From a virus, in the IMG/VR virus record IMGVR_UViG_3300028840_002779: 22,964 nucleotides of DNA; one strand, written 5' to 3'. The notes beneath the pieces are model-generated. The model ran no database searches. It saw only the letters and a list, made by a program, of their open reading frames with translations, and was not told the DNA's origin. Below are positions 1 through 8,000 of the stretch, in pieces; position 1 is the first letter of the stretch; every line of letters starts with the position of its first letter. A program made the position numbers and the translations under genes.

Positions 1-144
1 ATTGCGTGGATCAGGGAGCATCCCGAGGGCTCGATGCCATCCGCACTGGGTTCCACGCCGATCACGAATCGCCACGGGGACAGTACGGTTGCGGCACGAT
101 ACGATGGTGCCACGATCCTTTCGGTGCCTCAGGGCATGACGTAC
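1..144. repeat. Terminal direct repeat, left copy (identical to 22821..22964); marks circular closure or terminal redundancy
   Basis: Compared by eye across all 144 nt: identical to the last 144 nt of the window. Confidence 0.97.
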
Positions 145-696
145 ACTGCCGGGCCGATGGGTCAATCAGATAAGTCATCGGCGCTGATCGAAAGCCTCCA
201 AGCCGCGTTGCGGAACATCGGCAGCCGCTGGCAGATGCCGGAGGGCCTGATCTCAGGCGACTCATCCAACAACAACCTTGCCTCCTCACTCGTTGCAGAA
301 GGGCCGTTTGTACGTGCCCTGGAAGCCCGGCAGTGGCACTACCGCAAGGCGTACACGCAGCTGCTACAGCGCGTGCTAGATCGTGCGGCATCGGCGGGCC
401 GCTTCGGTGGCGCGCGTGACTCGCTGTGGGACACGCTGGAGTTGAGCGTCGAGTGCAAGCCGGTGGTTGCCCGGAACCAGAAGGAAGAGACCGAGCGCAA
501 CGAGATTCTGTCACAGGCCGGCATTCTCAGCAACGCCACCTGGAGCGCACGCGAGGATCTTGACCGCGACGAAGAGCGCCAAAACATGGCCGAAGATCCC
601 ACCAAAACGCAGGCGCAAATTATGGGCATGGAACCCGGCGACGATGACGACGCGGCCGACGAATCCAAATCAAACTCAGAGGGAGTTTCGGTATGA
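1..696 (+). CDS. Portal protein, 3' part (track ORF 34..696 is the same frame from an internal Met)
   Basis: Base 1 is in phase with 22821. The C-terminal region (ETERNEILSQAGILSNATWSAREDLDRDEE, then an acidic tail GDDDDAADES) resembles the crown and tail of portal proteins. The stop TGA 694-696 overlaps the next ATG (ATGA). Confidence 0.8.
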   Translation: MAWIREHPEGSMPSALGSTPITNRHGDSTVAARYDGATILSVPQGMTYTAGPMGQSDKSSALIESLQAALRNIGSRWQMPEGLISGDSSNNNLASSLVAEGPFVRALEARQWHYRKAYTQLLQRVLDRAASAGRFGGARDSLWDTLELSVECKPVVARNQKEETERNEILSQAGILSNATWSAREDLDRDEERQNMAEDPTKTQAQIMGMEPGDDDDAADESKSNSEGVSV

Positions 697-1415
697 ATCA
701 ACGAACCAACGTCCTCGAATACAGCCGGCCCGTGGTCCGAGAACCCGGCACGATCGAAGGCGTGAAGGTGATCGGGACCAAATCACGCAACGGCTACGGC
801 TATCCGGTGGAGGTCTTACGCAAGGCCAAGCCACTCTATGAGGGCGCGGCGGTGTTCGTTTTGCACCCCTCAGGCCGTGAGAAGAAATCCAACTCCCGCA
901 AGTTGCGAGATCATTTCGGCAGCCTGCACAACGTCCGAGAACGCGGCGATGCGGACTCGTTCGGCGTGTTCGCCGATCTGACCATCAAACCATCCCACCC
1001 ACTCGCAAAGGACGTTCTTGAGCATCTGGCGGATGCGCACTTCGGTCTGTCACACAACGCGGTTGTGGTCATGTCGGACGACGGTTCTGAGGTCACGGAA
1101 ATCCTGGAAATCAACAGCGTGGATCTGGTTGACGATCCCGCCACAACGCAAAACCTGTTTGAAAGCGAGGAGCATGAAATGTCAACGGAGTTTCAAGAGA
1201 AACTACTGAAGCGGCTCGACACGCTCGAAAAGAAGATCGACGCGAAAGAGGCGCAGGCGGTAGTGACCGAGGAGGTCACGACGCCACCGAAAAGAACACG
1301 GCTTCAAGCCCTGGAAGAGGACAAGGGAGCAAAGGGCGACGATGATGCGCCGGCCATCGGAAACACTCACGAAGATTTCATCGGGGCCCTGAAGGGCTTC
1401 TCGGTGACAAACTGA
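693..1415 (+). CDS. Putative prohead protease (HK97/S78-like) fused to a scaffold-like coiled-coil C-terminus
   Basis: ATGA-coupled to the portal gene. The pattern GVKVIG..S.NGYGY...H...DHFGSL...GVFADL...FGLSHNA...EINSVDLVDDPATT resembles the S78 layout (His, GxS, then xVSLVxxPA). The C-terminal 80 aa are charged and helical (EFQEKLLKRLDTLEKKIDAKEAQ). Catalytic residues are not verified. Confidence 0.5.
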   Translation: MNQRTNVLEYSRPVVREPGTIEGVKVIGTKSRNGYGYPVEVLRKAKPLYEGAAVFVLHPSGREKKSNSRKLRDHFGSLHNVRERGDADSFGVFADLTIKPSHPLAKDVLEHLADAHFGLSHNAVVVMSDDGSEVTEILEINSVDLVDDPATTQNLFESEEHEMSTEFQEKLLKRLDTLEKKIDAKEAQAVVTEEVTTPPKRTRLQALEEDKGAKGDDDAPAIGNTHEDFIGALKGFSVTN

Positions 1416-1429
1416 AAGGAGCGTAAGCC

Positions 1430-2284
1430 ATGCGATTACTGCCAATCAATTTCGAGCGGGAGCAAGGCTTTGAGGTCTTTACTCAATTCGATCACGATGA
1501 ATACGTTACTGCTACGCCCCAGCTGGACGGCTGGATTCCGACCTTTGCCGCGGGCGATATGGAAACTGTGGAGCAAATCAGCCCGGCCGTGTCCGGCGTG
1601 CTGACGCAGCCGAACTCGCAAATCACTATTACGGGAACTGCTGTCGCCGACCAGTTCCATTCCTTCCTTCGGACGCACGAAGAGTTTATCTTTTCGATAG
1701 ACCGACCAATTCGTTTTGCGGCTCTTTTCCCCCGGGGTTACGCCGACGAAAATCTCGACGAATTGAACATTTTCGTCGGCTGCATGGAGGACATGGACAC
1801 CGCCACCGAGTTGCAAGATGACGGGGCGGGCCCCCGGGCAGATTCGGATATGTTTGGGTTTTTCAAAGTCGCGCAGGCGACCGGCGACTACGCAGGCGAG
1901 GTTTGGTGTTGCGTATCCGGCTTCGGTGCCAACCAGCAAATTACCGAGCTGGTCGCAACGAATCCCGACAACTTGTCGAATGCTGATCAGAAGGTATACG
2001 ACGCCGATGTATACCGCAATCGAAGCAAGTTGGTTGCTGAGTGGGTGCCGCTGAATGTCGTTCCCGGTGTTGGTGCCGTGGCACCGACGCTATTCGACGC
2101 CGAAGTTAGGTTTTGGATCAATGGCGTGTTGTGTGCCAAGCACGAAATGCGTGGCGTGAATCAGATCACGGCACTGGCAGCCGAACCGATGAACTTCGGC
2201 TACGTTTCGCGCACCGGGCTAAACCAAATCATCGTGAACCACATAGAGTACTTGCGTTGCAAGCAGCTCCGATTTGGCGAGTAA
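1430..2284 (+). CDS. Hypothetical 284-aa protein between scaffold and capsid genes (decoration or accessory capsid protein?)
   Basis: AAGGAG lies 8 nt upstream of ATG 1430. The ORF is long and clean, with a beta-rich sequence and no motif I recognise. GC is lower than its neighbours: 47%, 47% and 53% in three hand-counted 60-nt lines. Confidence 0.7.
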   Translation: MRLLPINFEREQGFEVFTQFDHDEYVTATPQLDGWIPTFAAGDMETVEQISPAVSGVLTQPNSQITITGTAVADQFHSFLRTHEEFIFSIDRPIRFAALFPRGYADENLDELNIFVGCMEDMDTATELQDDGAGPRADSDMFGFFKVAQATGDYAGEVWCCVSGFGANQQITELVATNPDNLSNADQKVYDADVYRNRSKLVAEWVPLNVVPGVGAVAPTLFDAEVRFWINGVLCAKHEMRGVNQITALAAEPMNFGYVSRTGLNQIIVNHIEYLRCKQLRFGE

Positions 2285-2298
2285 GAAAGGAAAGACAC

Positions 2299-3534
2299 AT
2301 GAGTTTTTTAGTTAAGGCGAAAGACCTGCAAAAGTTGGTGAAGGAAAAGGGCCTCCCCTGGACCTTGCACCACTTGCAGGAGTCGTATGACAAGAAGGAA
2401 ATCACGCCGGCCGACTTCAGCCTACGCGACCTCGTGACGCACACCGTTGACAGCGGTGGCGAGATGATCGACGACTGGGCGCGGCAACGGCGCAAAGGGG
2501 GTCACATCGTGGAAGCCGCGCACGCGGTCGACACGTCCGCCATGTCGCACATTACCGGGCAGTTGTTTTTCAACGCAATCAAGGAGGGGATGGTTCTTGA
2601 TCAGATGATCGGCGATCAGTTGTGTTCGACGTTCGGGTCAAACATCCAGGGCACGGAATTGGTGCCGGGCATCGGTGGCGTCGAAGACGAATTCGATACC
2701 AACGTGGTTCAAGGCGAGGACTACCCGCTCCTGGGCCTCACCGAGGAATACGTGCAGATTCCGGCGGCGGAAAAGAAGGGCGGGATTCTCGCGATCACCC
2801 GGGAAGCGGTCATTGCCGATCGCACGGGCGTGTTGATCGAACGGGCCCGGGGCGTTGGTGAAGCCCTTGGCATCCGGCGCGAGAAGTCGATTATCGACGT
2901 GGTGATCGGCGCGGTGAACCCCTACGTGTACAAAGGTGAGGCCAGACTCACCTACGGCGACGGTGCCACGGCAGGGCAGGCGTTGGGGTTCCTCAATGAG
3001 GCAACAGCGGCGCTCGTGAATTACACGGACATCATGGAAGTGGCGGAACTGTTCTACGCCATGCGGAACCCAACCACGAACGAGCCACTCGGACACGACC
3101 CCGATACGGTAATCTGCTGTAAGAACCTCTCCTGGACGGCGGCGGCAGTGTTCCATGATACCGATCTTGATCTTGTCGACCGCGCGGCGGCGGCTGGTCA
3201 GATCGGTTCGCACGGCAAAAACCGAATCCCGAGTTCCTATCAGTGCAAAATCCTCTCCAACGAGTGGGTCACGCAAGCGATCCTCAATGCGAACGGTGGG
3301 GCCGGCGGGATCACTGCGGCGGACCGAGATGCGGCGAACGCGTATTGGTTCATCGGCAAACCGACCAAGGCGTTTTGCTGGAAGGAAATCTGGCCGTTGA
3401 CAGTTGAAGAGGCGCCCAACAACAGTGAGGCGCAGTTCAACCGAGACATTTGGATGCAATTCAAAGGCTCGTACAAAGGCGTTGCCGGCGTACGCGAGCC
3501 ACGTTTGATGATCCGCAGTGACGGCACTGCATAA
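2299..3534 (+). CDS. Major capsid protein (HK97-fold inferred from synteny and size), 411 aa
   Basis: ATG 2299 is preceded by AAGGAAAG. The track ORF start 2113 is an upstream extension overlapping the previous gene. It is the largest head-module ORF, in the position portal - protease/scaffold - X - capsid. The fold is not verified. Confidence 0.7.
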   Translation: MSFLVKAKDLQKLVKEKGLPWTLHHLQESYDKKEITPADFSLRDLVTHTVDSGGEMIDDWARQRRKGGHIVEAAHAVDTSAMSHITGQLFFNAIKEGMVLDQMIGDQLCSTFGSNIQGTELVPGIGGVEDEFDTNVVQGEDYPLLGLTEEYVQIPAAEKKGGILAITREAVIADRTGVLIERARGVGEALGIRREKSIIDVVIGAVNPYVYKGEARLTYGDGATAGQALGFLNEATAALVNYTDIMEVAELFYAMRNPTTNEPLGHDPDTVICCKNLSWTAAAVFHDTDLDLVDRAAAAGQIGSHGKNRIPSSYQCKILSNEWVTQAILNANGGAGGITAADRDAANAYWFIGKPTKAFCWKEIWPLTVEEAPNNSEAQFNRDIWMQFKGSYKGVAGVREPRLMIRSDGTA

Positions 3535-3557
3535 CCACTTTACCGGGAGGAAATGAG

Positions 3558-3824
3558 ATGGAGTGGGCTGTTATAATTCCGCTGGTCATCGAGGCAATCA
3601 TGGCTTGCCTCGAGAACCGCGACCGGACCGAGATTATTGAGGGCCTGGCGAATCCCGGGCCACGCGAGACACTCGCCTTGTGGCGCGTGCTTCGCTCACA
3701 GGGCTTCCGGGGCCGCAAGCTCTATGCCGCGCTGCGTGAGGGCTTGCAGGCGATGCAGTCCGCCACACGTTCCGAGTTGACCAGCCTTGTCGACGCAGCT
3801 GAGGAAGCGAGGGCCGCGCAATGA
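3558..3824 (+). CDS. Small protein with a hydrophobic N-terminal segment (88 aa)
   Basis: GGGAGGA RBS before ATG 3558. N-terminus MEWAVIIPLVIEAIMACL, then a basic helical region. The stop overlaps the next start (ATGA at 3821). Confidence 0.6.
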   Translation: MEWAVIIPLVIEAIMACLENRDRTEIIEGLANPGPRETLALWRVLRSQGFRGRKLYAALREGLQAMQSATRSELTSLVDAAEEARAAQ

Positions 3825-4477
3825 AACCTCTATTCTGCCTGATTTGCCTGGCACTGTGTTTGCCGGCATCGGCGGAGGTAACGATCGTCGGCCCCGATCG
3901 GTTGGCGGTGCGGGAGGCCGCACTGCTGAATGTCGAGGGGATCACGGCGCAACAGTTTGCATCGTGCACCCTGGCGGTGTTCCCCGCTGAGAATCAGCCC
4001 CAGATCGTGGCGCTGCAAACGCTCGACAACCGGCCCGTGCTGTTTGTCACCGGCGGCACGCCCGGGCGCTTCGCATTGATTCTTGACGTGAATGTTCCGA
4101 AGCAGTACGCCTTGGTCATTCACGAACTCGAAATCGGCTTTCCCCCGGACCCTCCGATTCCCCCGGTTCCGACTCCCACGCCGGAGCCGGGGGAGGGTCT
4201 AACGGTCGTGATCGTCGAGGAGTCGAGCCTGACGACACCGGCGCAGGAAGCGGTGCTGACCGGCCCGTGGCGGGCGTGGTGTCGAGAGAACGGCTATCGT
4301 GTGAGACGGATCGAAAAGGACAGCACGGCGGTGGACGCCCAGCCATTCATCAAAAACGCATCCGACCTGCCCTACGTCTTTTTCGTTTCCGACTCCGGTG
4401 ATCGGTATGAATCGTGCCCGCTGCCATCGGCGGCGGACATGCTCACCCGATGCAAGAAGTGGGGTGCCAAGAAATGA
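3821..4477 (+). CDS. Secreted two-domain protein with a Pro-rich linker (218 aa)
   Basis: Sec-type signal MKPLFCLICLALCLPASA/EV. A beta-rich domain of about 95 aa is followed by the linker PPDPPIPPVPTPTPEP and a C-terminal domain of about 90 aa. It is ATGA-coupled on both sides. Confidence 0.75.
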   Translation: MKPLFCLICLALCLPASAEVTIVGPDRLAVREAALLNVEGITAQQFASCTLAVFPAENQPQIVALQTLDNRPVLFVTGGTPGRFALILDVNVPKQYALVIHELEIGFPPDPPIPPVPTPTPEPGEGLTVVIVEESSLTTPAQEAVLTGPWRAWCRENGYRVRRIEKDSTAVDAQPFIKNASDLPYVFFVSDSGDRYESCPLPSAADMLTRCKKWGAKK

Positions 4478-5217
4478 GCGTTCGCTGGACAGGTTGCTTG
4501 CCGAGAGAATCCAAGCCCGGGGACGGCACGTTTCGCGTTGTGCCCGATGACTGGTTGATTCCGGAGAAGGATTGGAAGACGTACCACGCAAACAACCTGA
4601 TCCCTTACGTCTGGCACGTGATCAACCAGGGGCGGCAGAATTCCTGTTGTGCCTGCGCCGGGGCGGGGATCGTGATGTTGGCCCGGGAGCGACAAGGGCT
4701 CGATAGAGTCCTCTTGTCTCAAGCCGTGCCCTATCATTTCGGCAACGGTGGTCGCGACGGCGGGATGGCGATTGACACCTGCCTGCGCGAGCTGCTGAAG
4801 CATGGCACCTGCCCGGCAGACGTGGTCGATCCTTACGACTGGCGGCGGAGTCACTGGCCCAGCGAGTGGGAGGAAATCGGCGAACTCTACAAGCCATTTG
4901 AATGGATGGATTGTCCGACGTACGAGCACGCCGGCTCGATGCTCGCACACGGCCACCCGGTCATCTACGGCGCAATGGGGCACGCGGTCGTGCGAGTAGC
5001 AAACGGCATGTTTACGGATACACCCGATCTCAATTCCTGGCCGGATTGGCAAGAAAAAGGCCTCGGTCGCTGGGCGACCGAACGAGAATTCAGACGCGGG
5101 ATCGAAGGCGGATACGGGGCCTGGGCGCTGCGGTACGCTGTCGACCCGCCAAACGACGGAGACCTCTTGTGGAAGACGACGCACAAAAAGCCGGAGCCAC
5201 TTGGATCGGCACGTTGA
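4474..5217 (+). CDS. Papain-family (clan CA, C1-like) cysteine peptidase, 247 aa, with no signal peptide or prodomain
   Basis: Motifs in canonical order: NQGRQNSCCAC (Cys codon 4645-4647), GHAVV (His codon 4981-4983) and LNSWPDWQEKG (Asn codon 5032-5034). The intervening RDGG and HPVIYGA blocks also match. ATG 4474 overlaps the upstream stop (ATGA), so the track start 4414 is an extension. Confidence 0.8.
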   Translation: MSVRWTGCLPRESKPGDGTFRVVPDDWLIPEKDWKTYHANNLIPYVWHVINQGRQNSCCACAGAGIVMLARERQGLDRVLLSQAVPYHFGNGGRDGGMAIDTCLRELLKHGTCPADVVDPYDWRRSHWPSEWEEIGELYKPFEWMDCPTYEHAGSMLAHGHPVIYGAMGHAVVRVANGMFTDTPDLNSWPDWQEKGLGRWATEREFRRGIEGGYGAWALRYAVDPPNDGDLLWKTTHKKPEPLGSAR

Positions 5218-5345
5218 TTCAACAGCAACTCATTCCACTGCTGACCGAGCTGCGGAAGACCGATCACGTGGAAGTGCAGCTGCCCCCGATCTTCGGATGG
5301 GAGCCGGTGATTGAGATTCGGCTGATCAAGAAGGATGACGCATGA
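5214..5345 (+). CDS. Possible 43-aa ORF (TTG start) filling the gap between the peptidase and gpW-like genes
   Basis: TTG 5214 overlaps the TGA of the peptidase gene, and the stop overlaps ATG 5342 (ATGA). It is otherwise unsupported. The rest of track ORF 4902..5345 is an alternate frame inside the peptidase gene. Confidence 0.35.
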   Translation: MIQQQLIPLLTELRKTDHVEVQLPPIFGWEPVIEIRLIKKDDA

Positions 5346-5554
5346 CCGTCCTAACCGACCTGCAAGACACGGCGGAACTGATTTCGGCGGAGCTGAAGGC
5401 CACCTACGCCTCTCCGCAACCAAGCTACACGGTAGACGGCCAATCGTTCTCACATACCGAATACCGGGCGCAGTTGATCCGGGACCTGAAAGAAATCCAA
5501 ATCCAAATCGTCAACCTGAGTGGCGGTGAGATTGCAACACAAGGGCTGGGCTGA
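5342..5554 (+). CDS. gpW-like head completion / head-tail joining protein (70 aa)
   Basis: The size and the pattern L.D..ELISAELKA......SY.VDG.S......Y.AQLIRDLKEI recall lambda gpW-type proteins. AAGGA RBS. The position downstream of the capsid gene fits. Confidence 0.5.
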   Translation: MTVLTDLQDTAELISAELKATYASPQPSYTVDGQSFSHTEYRAQLIRDLKEIQIQIVNLSGGEIATQGLG

Positions 5555-5736
5555 TGGAAACGATACCGGAAGTGATCGGATTTGGCGGGCTTTGCGTGTT
5601 CCTCGTCGGCGCGCAATTCTGGACGATCAAACGCCTATTCAGCCTGATGAAAGACCGCTTAGAACGGATCGAACGTAAAATCGACAATTTACCCTGTCAG
5701 AAAGAAGTGTGCCATGCAAACCATCCAACGGCTTAA
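5554..5736 (+). CDS. Small single-pass membrane protein (60 aa)
   Basis: One hydrophobic helix (VIGFGGLCVFLVGAQFWTI) followed by a charged helix (KDRLERIERKID). TGATG coupling to the previous gene. Confidence 0.5.
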   Translation: METIPEVIGFGGLCVFLVGAQFWTIKRLFSLMKDRLERIERKIDNLPCQKEVCHANHPTA

Positions 5737-6193
5737 GCCGATCGTCTGGAGTGACAGCGACGGTGATCTGGTCATGAGCCTCAATGGCCTGGCGTCCACC
5801 GCCCTGCGGATCGGGGCACGACACGATCTAGGCGCAGGTCACACGCCGTTGGATTTCGCCTGGCGTGCGGTCGTCCAATTCGAGGCCGCGCCCGTGCCCG
5901 GGGAGGCGATCCAAATCTATGGTTGCTCCTCCGACGGAACCTACGAGGACGGCGGGGTGGGCGCCATCGATGCGGCGGTCACTTTGGCGGAGCTGGCCAA
6001 CTTAACCCAAATCGGTGCCTTGACAGTGACCACCAATACCGCCGATCACGACATGATTGCCTCAGGCGTGGTCCGAATCGTCAGCCGGTATTGGAGCCCG
6101 GTGCTTTACAATGCCACCGTGACACAGATGGCAGCGCACGCCAATGTGTCCCGATTCATTTTGACGCCCCTGGTTCGAGGTCCGCGCGGATGA
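5714..6193 (+). CDS. Hypothetical structural protein (159 aa)
   Basis: Clean ORF in the structural block, ATGA-coupled to the LamG gene. No recognisable motif. The start is uncertain (alternative ATG at 5774). Confidence 0.6.
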   Translation: MQTIQRLKPIVWSDSDGDLVMSLNGLASTALRIGARHDLGAGHTPLDFAWRAVVQFEAAPVPGEAIQIYGCSSDGTYEDGGVGAIDAAVTLAELANLTQIGALTVTTNTADHDMIASGVVRIVSRYWSPVLYNATVTQMAAHANVSRFILTPLVRGPRG

Positions 6194-6945
6194 GCGAGCA
6201 GCGATATCGTCCGAGCTACGGCCAAGGTTTCGCGCCACGCGACGGCGCGCCGTTACACCCGGGTCTGTGGCGAGGTCTTAAACTGTTCCTGGACGGGTCA
6301 CTTGGGCCGCATGACGTTTTCGCGCAACGGGTGTGGCGCAATCAATCGGCCCAGGGCAGCAGCCTCGACGGCACGCTCACCGGGGCAACGTGGATGCGCG
6401 GGGCGAACGGGCCGGGGGTGTTGTTCGATGCGGGCAATGAAATCGTGGAAACGCCCGCCCTGCCGTGGGACGTCTCGCAGGCAACGCCGTACACGGTCGT
6501 CTGCCGCGCGAGCGTGTTGGGAGCCTTCGCGACGGGCGTCGGCACCTTGCTCAACAACGGCGGGACCGCGCTCAACGCCCCGATGTGGCTCGCTATCGAG
6601 GCAGCGGGCCCCAACATCTGGCTGTGGAAAAAACATCGGGCCACGTTGCCGGCAGCGTGGAACGACGGAGCAATTCACCAATTCGCTGGCGTGCATCCCG
6701 CCAACGCCGCCCTGGGCGCTGGGCAGATGTATTTCGACGGGCGCGCCCTGGCCACCGACGCGGTAGGCGGCGGCGGCGACTGGTCGAGCGCCGACACCAC
6801 GCTTGGGATCGGATGCACGCAGGATTTGGGCCACGAATGGAATGGCGAGATAGAGATGGTGGGCGTTTGGAACCGCGTTCTCTCCGCGGATGAAATCGCC
6901 CTGCTGTGGCACGATATTTACGCTCTCACTCGATTGGATGATTGA
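6190..6945 (+). CDS. LamG / concanavalin-A-like lectin domain protein (251 aa)
   Basis: Typical Laminin_G_3 ending: MYFDGRALATD...TLGIGC....GHEWNGEIEMVGVWNRVLSADEIALLW. ATG 6190 overlaps the upstream stop. Track ORF 5923.. is an out-of-context extension. Confidence 0.8.
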   Translation: MSEQRYRPSYGQGFAPRDGAPLHPGLWRGLKLFLDGSLGPHDVFAQRVWRNQSAQGSSLDGTLTGATWMRGANGPGVLFDAGNEIVETPALPWDVSQATPYTVVCRASVLGAFATGVGTLLNNGGTALNAPMWLAIEAAGPNIWLWKKHRATLPAAWNDGAIHQFAGVHPANAALGAGQMYFDGRALATDAVGGGGDWSSADTTLGIGCTQDLGHEWNGEIEMVGVWNRVLSADEIALLWHDIYALTRLDD

Positions 6946-6947
6946 CG

Positions 6948-7568
6948 ATGGCCATTGACCTCACAACAGATCACACGATGTTTGACGGCCTGGAGAACGT
7001 CACGCTCGACGGCGGGGCCGTTGCCGATTGTCTGCAATCGTTCGACGCGGTTGTCGAGGCCGCGCCCTCTGAGGGTGGCTACGTTGCCCGTGAGTGCACT
7101 TGGCGACTCCCCTCTGTGCCGGTCATCGCGCCCATCGTCGGGTCGGTGATCGTCGATGCTGGCGGGGTGTCTTGGGTGGCGCAGACGGTCAAGCACCCGC
7201 GACTCGGAACCGGCTGGGTTGTCGGCTGTCGCGAGTTGGACATTGCTGCCGGGCTCACCGATCTGATTGCACTCTGGCCTGCGGTCGTGGCGCTGGACGA
7301 AGGCGGCGGGCGGATCGTTACTCACCCGGCGGCGGATTTGGTGTTTATCGACGTGCCGGCGAAGATTCAGGAGCAACCGAACACAGAGGGCATCGAGGCC
7401 GGCCGGCATCAATGGACACGGAGGTTTCACATTTTCTGTGAGGTGGAGTTGACCGGGCTCAAAATTGGCGACCTGATCAAAGACGACGCCGGCAATCAGT
7501 ACACGATCAAATCGTGGCGGAACAGGGAGCGAATCGACGAACTGTCGGTAATCGTGGCGGAGTATTGA
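6948..7568 (+). CDS. Head-tail adaptor / head closure-like protein (206 aa)
   Basis: Position after the gpW-like gene. The C-terminal pattern (RFHIFCEVELTGLKIGDLIKDDAGNQYTIKSWRNRERIDELSVIV) resembles head-tail adaptor beta-barrels. TTG 6942 is an alternative start. Confidence 0.45.
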   Translation: MAIDLTTDHTMFDGLENVTLDGGAVADCLQSFDAVVEAAPSEGGYVARECTWRLPSVPVIAPIVGSVIVDAGGVSWVAQTVKHPRLGTGWVVGCRELDIAAGLTDLIALWPAVVALDEGGGRIVTHPAADLVFIDVPAKIQEQPNTEGIEAGRHQWTRRFHIFCEVELTGLKIGDLIKDDAGNQYTIKSWRNRERIDELSVIVAEY

Positions 7569-7570
7569 GA

Positions 7571-7999
7571 ATGAGCCGCAACATTCACAACATCCTGAAA
7601 TCGTTCCGCGACCGCATCTCGGCATCCGACGTGCTGAATGCCGCCCTGGCCGGCGGGTTGCATCACGGGTTCCGCACCGACACCGACGCCTCACGGCCGT
7701 TCGGGCAAATGGAAGTCAAAGAAGTCTCCCGGATCGGCAACTCCGGTTACACGGCGCTGGTCACCTACACGGCGGAACTGAGGGTGTTCGGTGGGCAGGC
7801 ACCCGGCGACATCGCCGACATCCAACAGGCATTTTCCGACGCGTTCGACCGCTCGCAAGACCTGCCCTCTGTCGAGGATCCTATCATCATGATGTGGCCT
7901 GTCGAGCCGTGCGGGATCACCGAGGCCGACGCACAACAATTCGGTGCCGACATTTTGGTCGGTACTCAAACTTGGCAAGTACTCATTCAGGAGAGTTGA
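7571..7999 (+). CDS. Neck / tail-completion-like protein (142 aa)
   Basis: ATG 7571 lies just after the previous stop. Size and position are typical of DUF3168 / tail-completion proteins. The call is by synteny only. Confidence 0.4.
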   Translation: MSRNIHNILKSFRDRISASDVLNAALAGGLHHGFRTDTDASRPFGQMEVKEVSRIGNSGYTALVTYTAELRVFGGQAPGDIADIQQAFSDAFDRSQDLPSVEDPIIMMWPVEPCGITEADAQQFGADILVGTQTWQVLIQES

Positions 8000-8000
8000 A

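Noticed and set aside
2113-2298. Upstream extensions of track ORFs: 2113->2299, 4414->4474, 4902->5214, 5923->6190, 7514->7571, 7944->8001, 10150->10216, 16699->16717, 17603->17678, 19232->19427, 20897->21017
   Set aside because: The extensions overlap the preceding gene in another frame and translate to Arg-rich junk. The downstream starts have RBS motifs or ATGA/GTGA/TGATG coupling to the previous stop.
2638-3459. Long minus-strand ORFs: 2638..3459, 4372..5184, 6298..6912, 6918..7694, 9539..10150, 12576..13268, 14424..14936, 18948..19589, 22341..22895 and others
   Set aside because: Each lies antisense to a + strand gene that has recognisable motifs or good start context. Their products are Arg/Pro/Gly-rich low-complexity sequences with no RBS, as expected for shadow ORFs in high-GC coding DNA.
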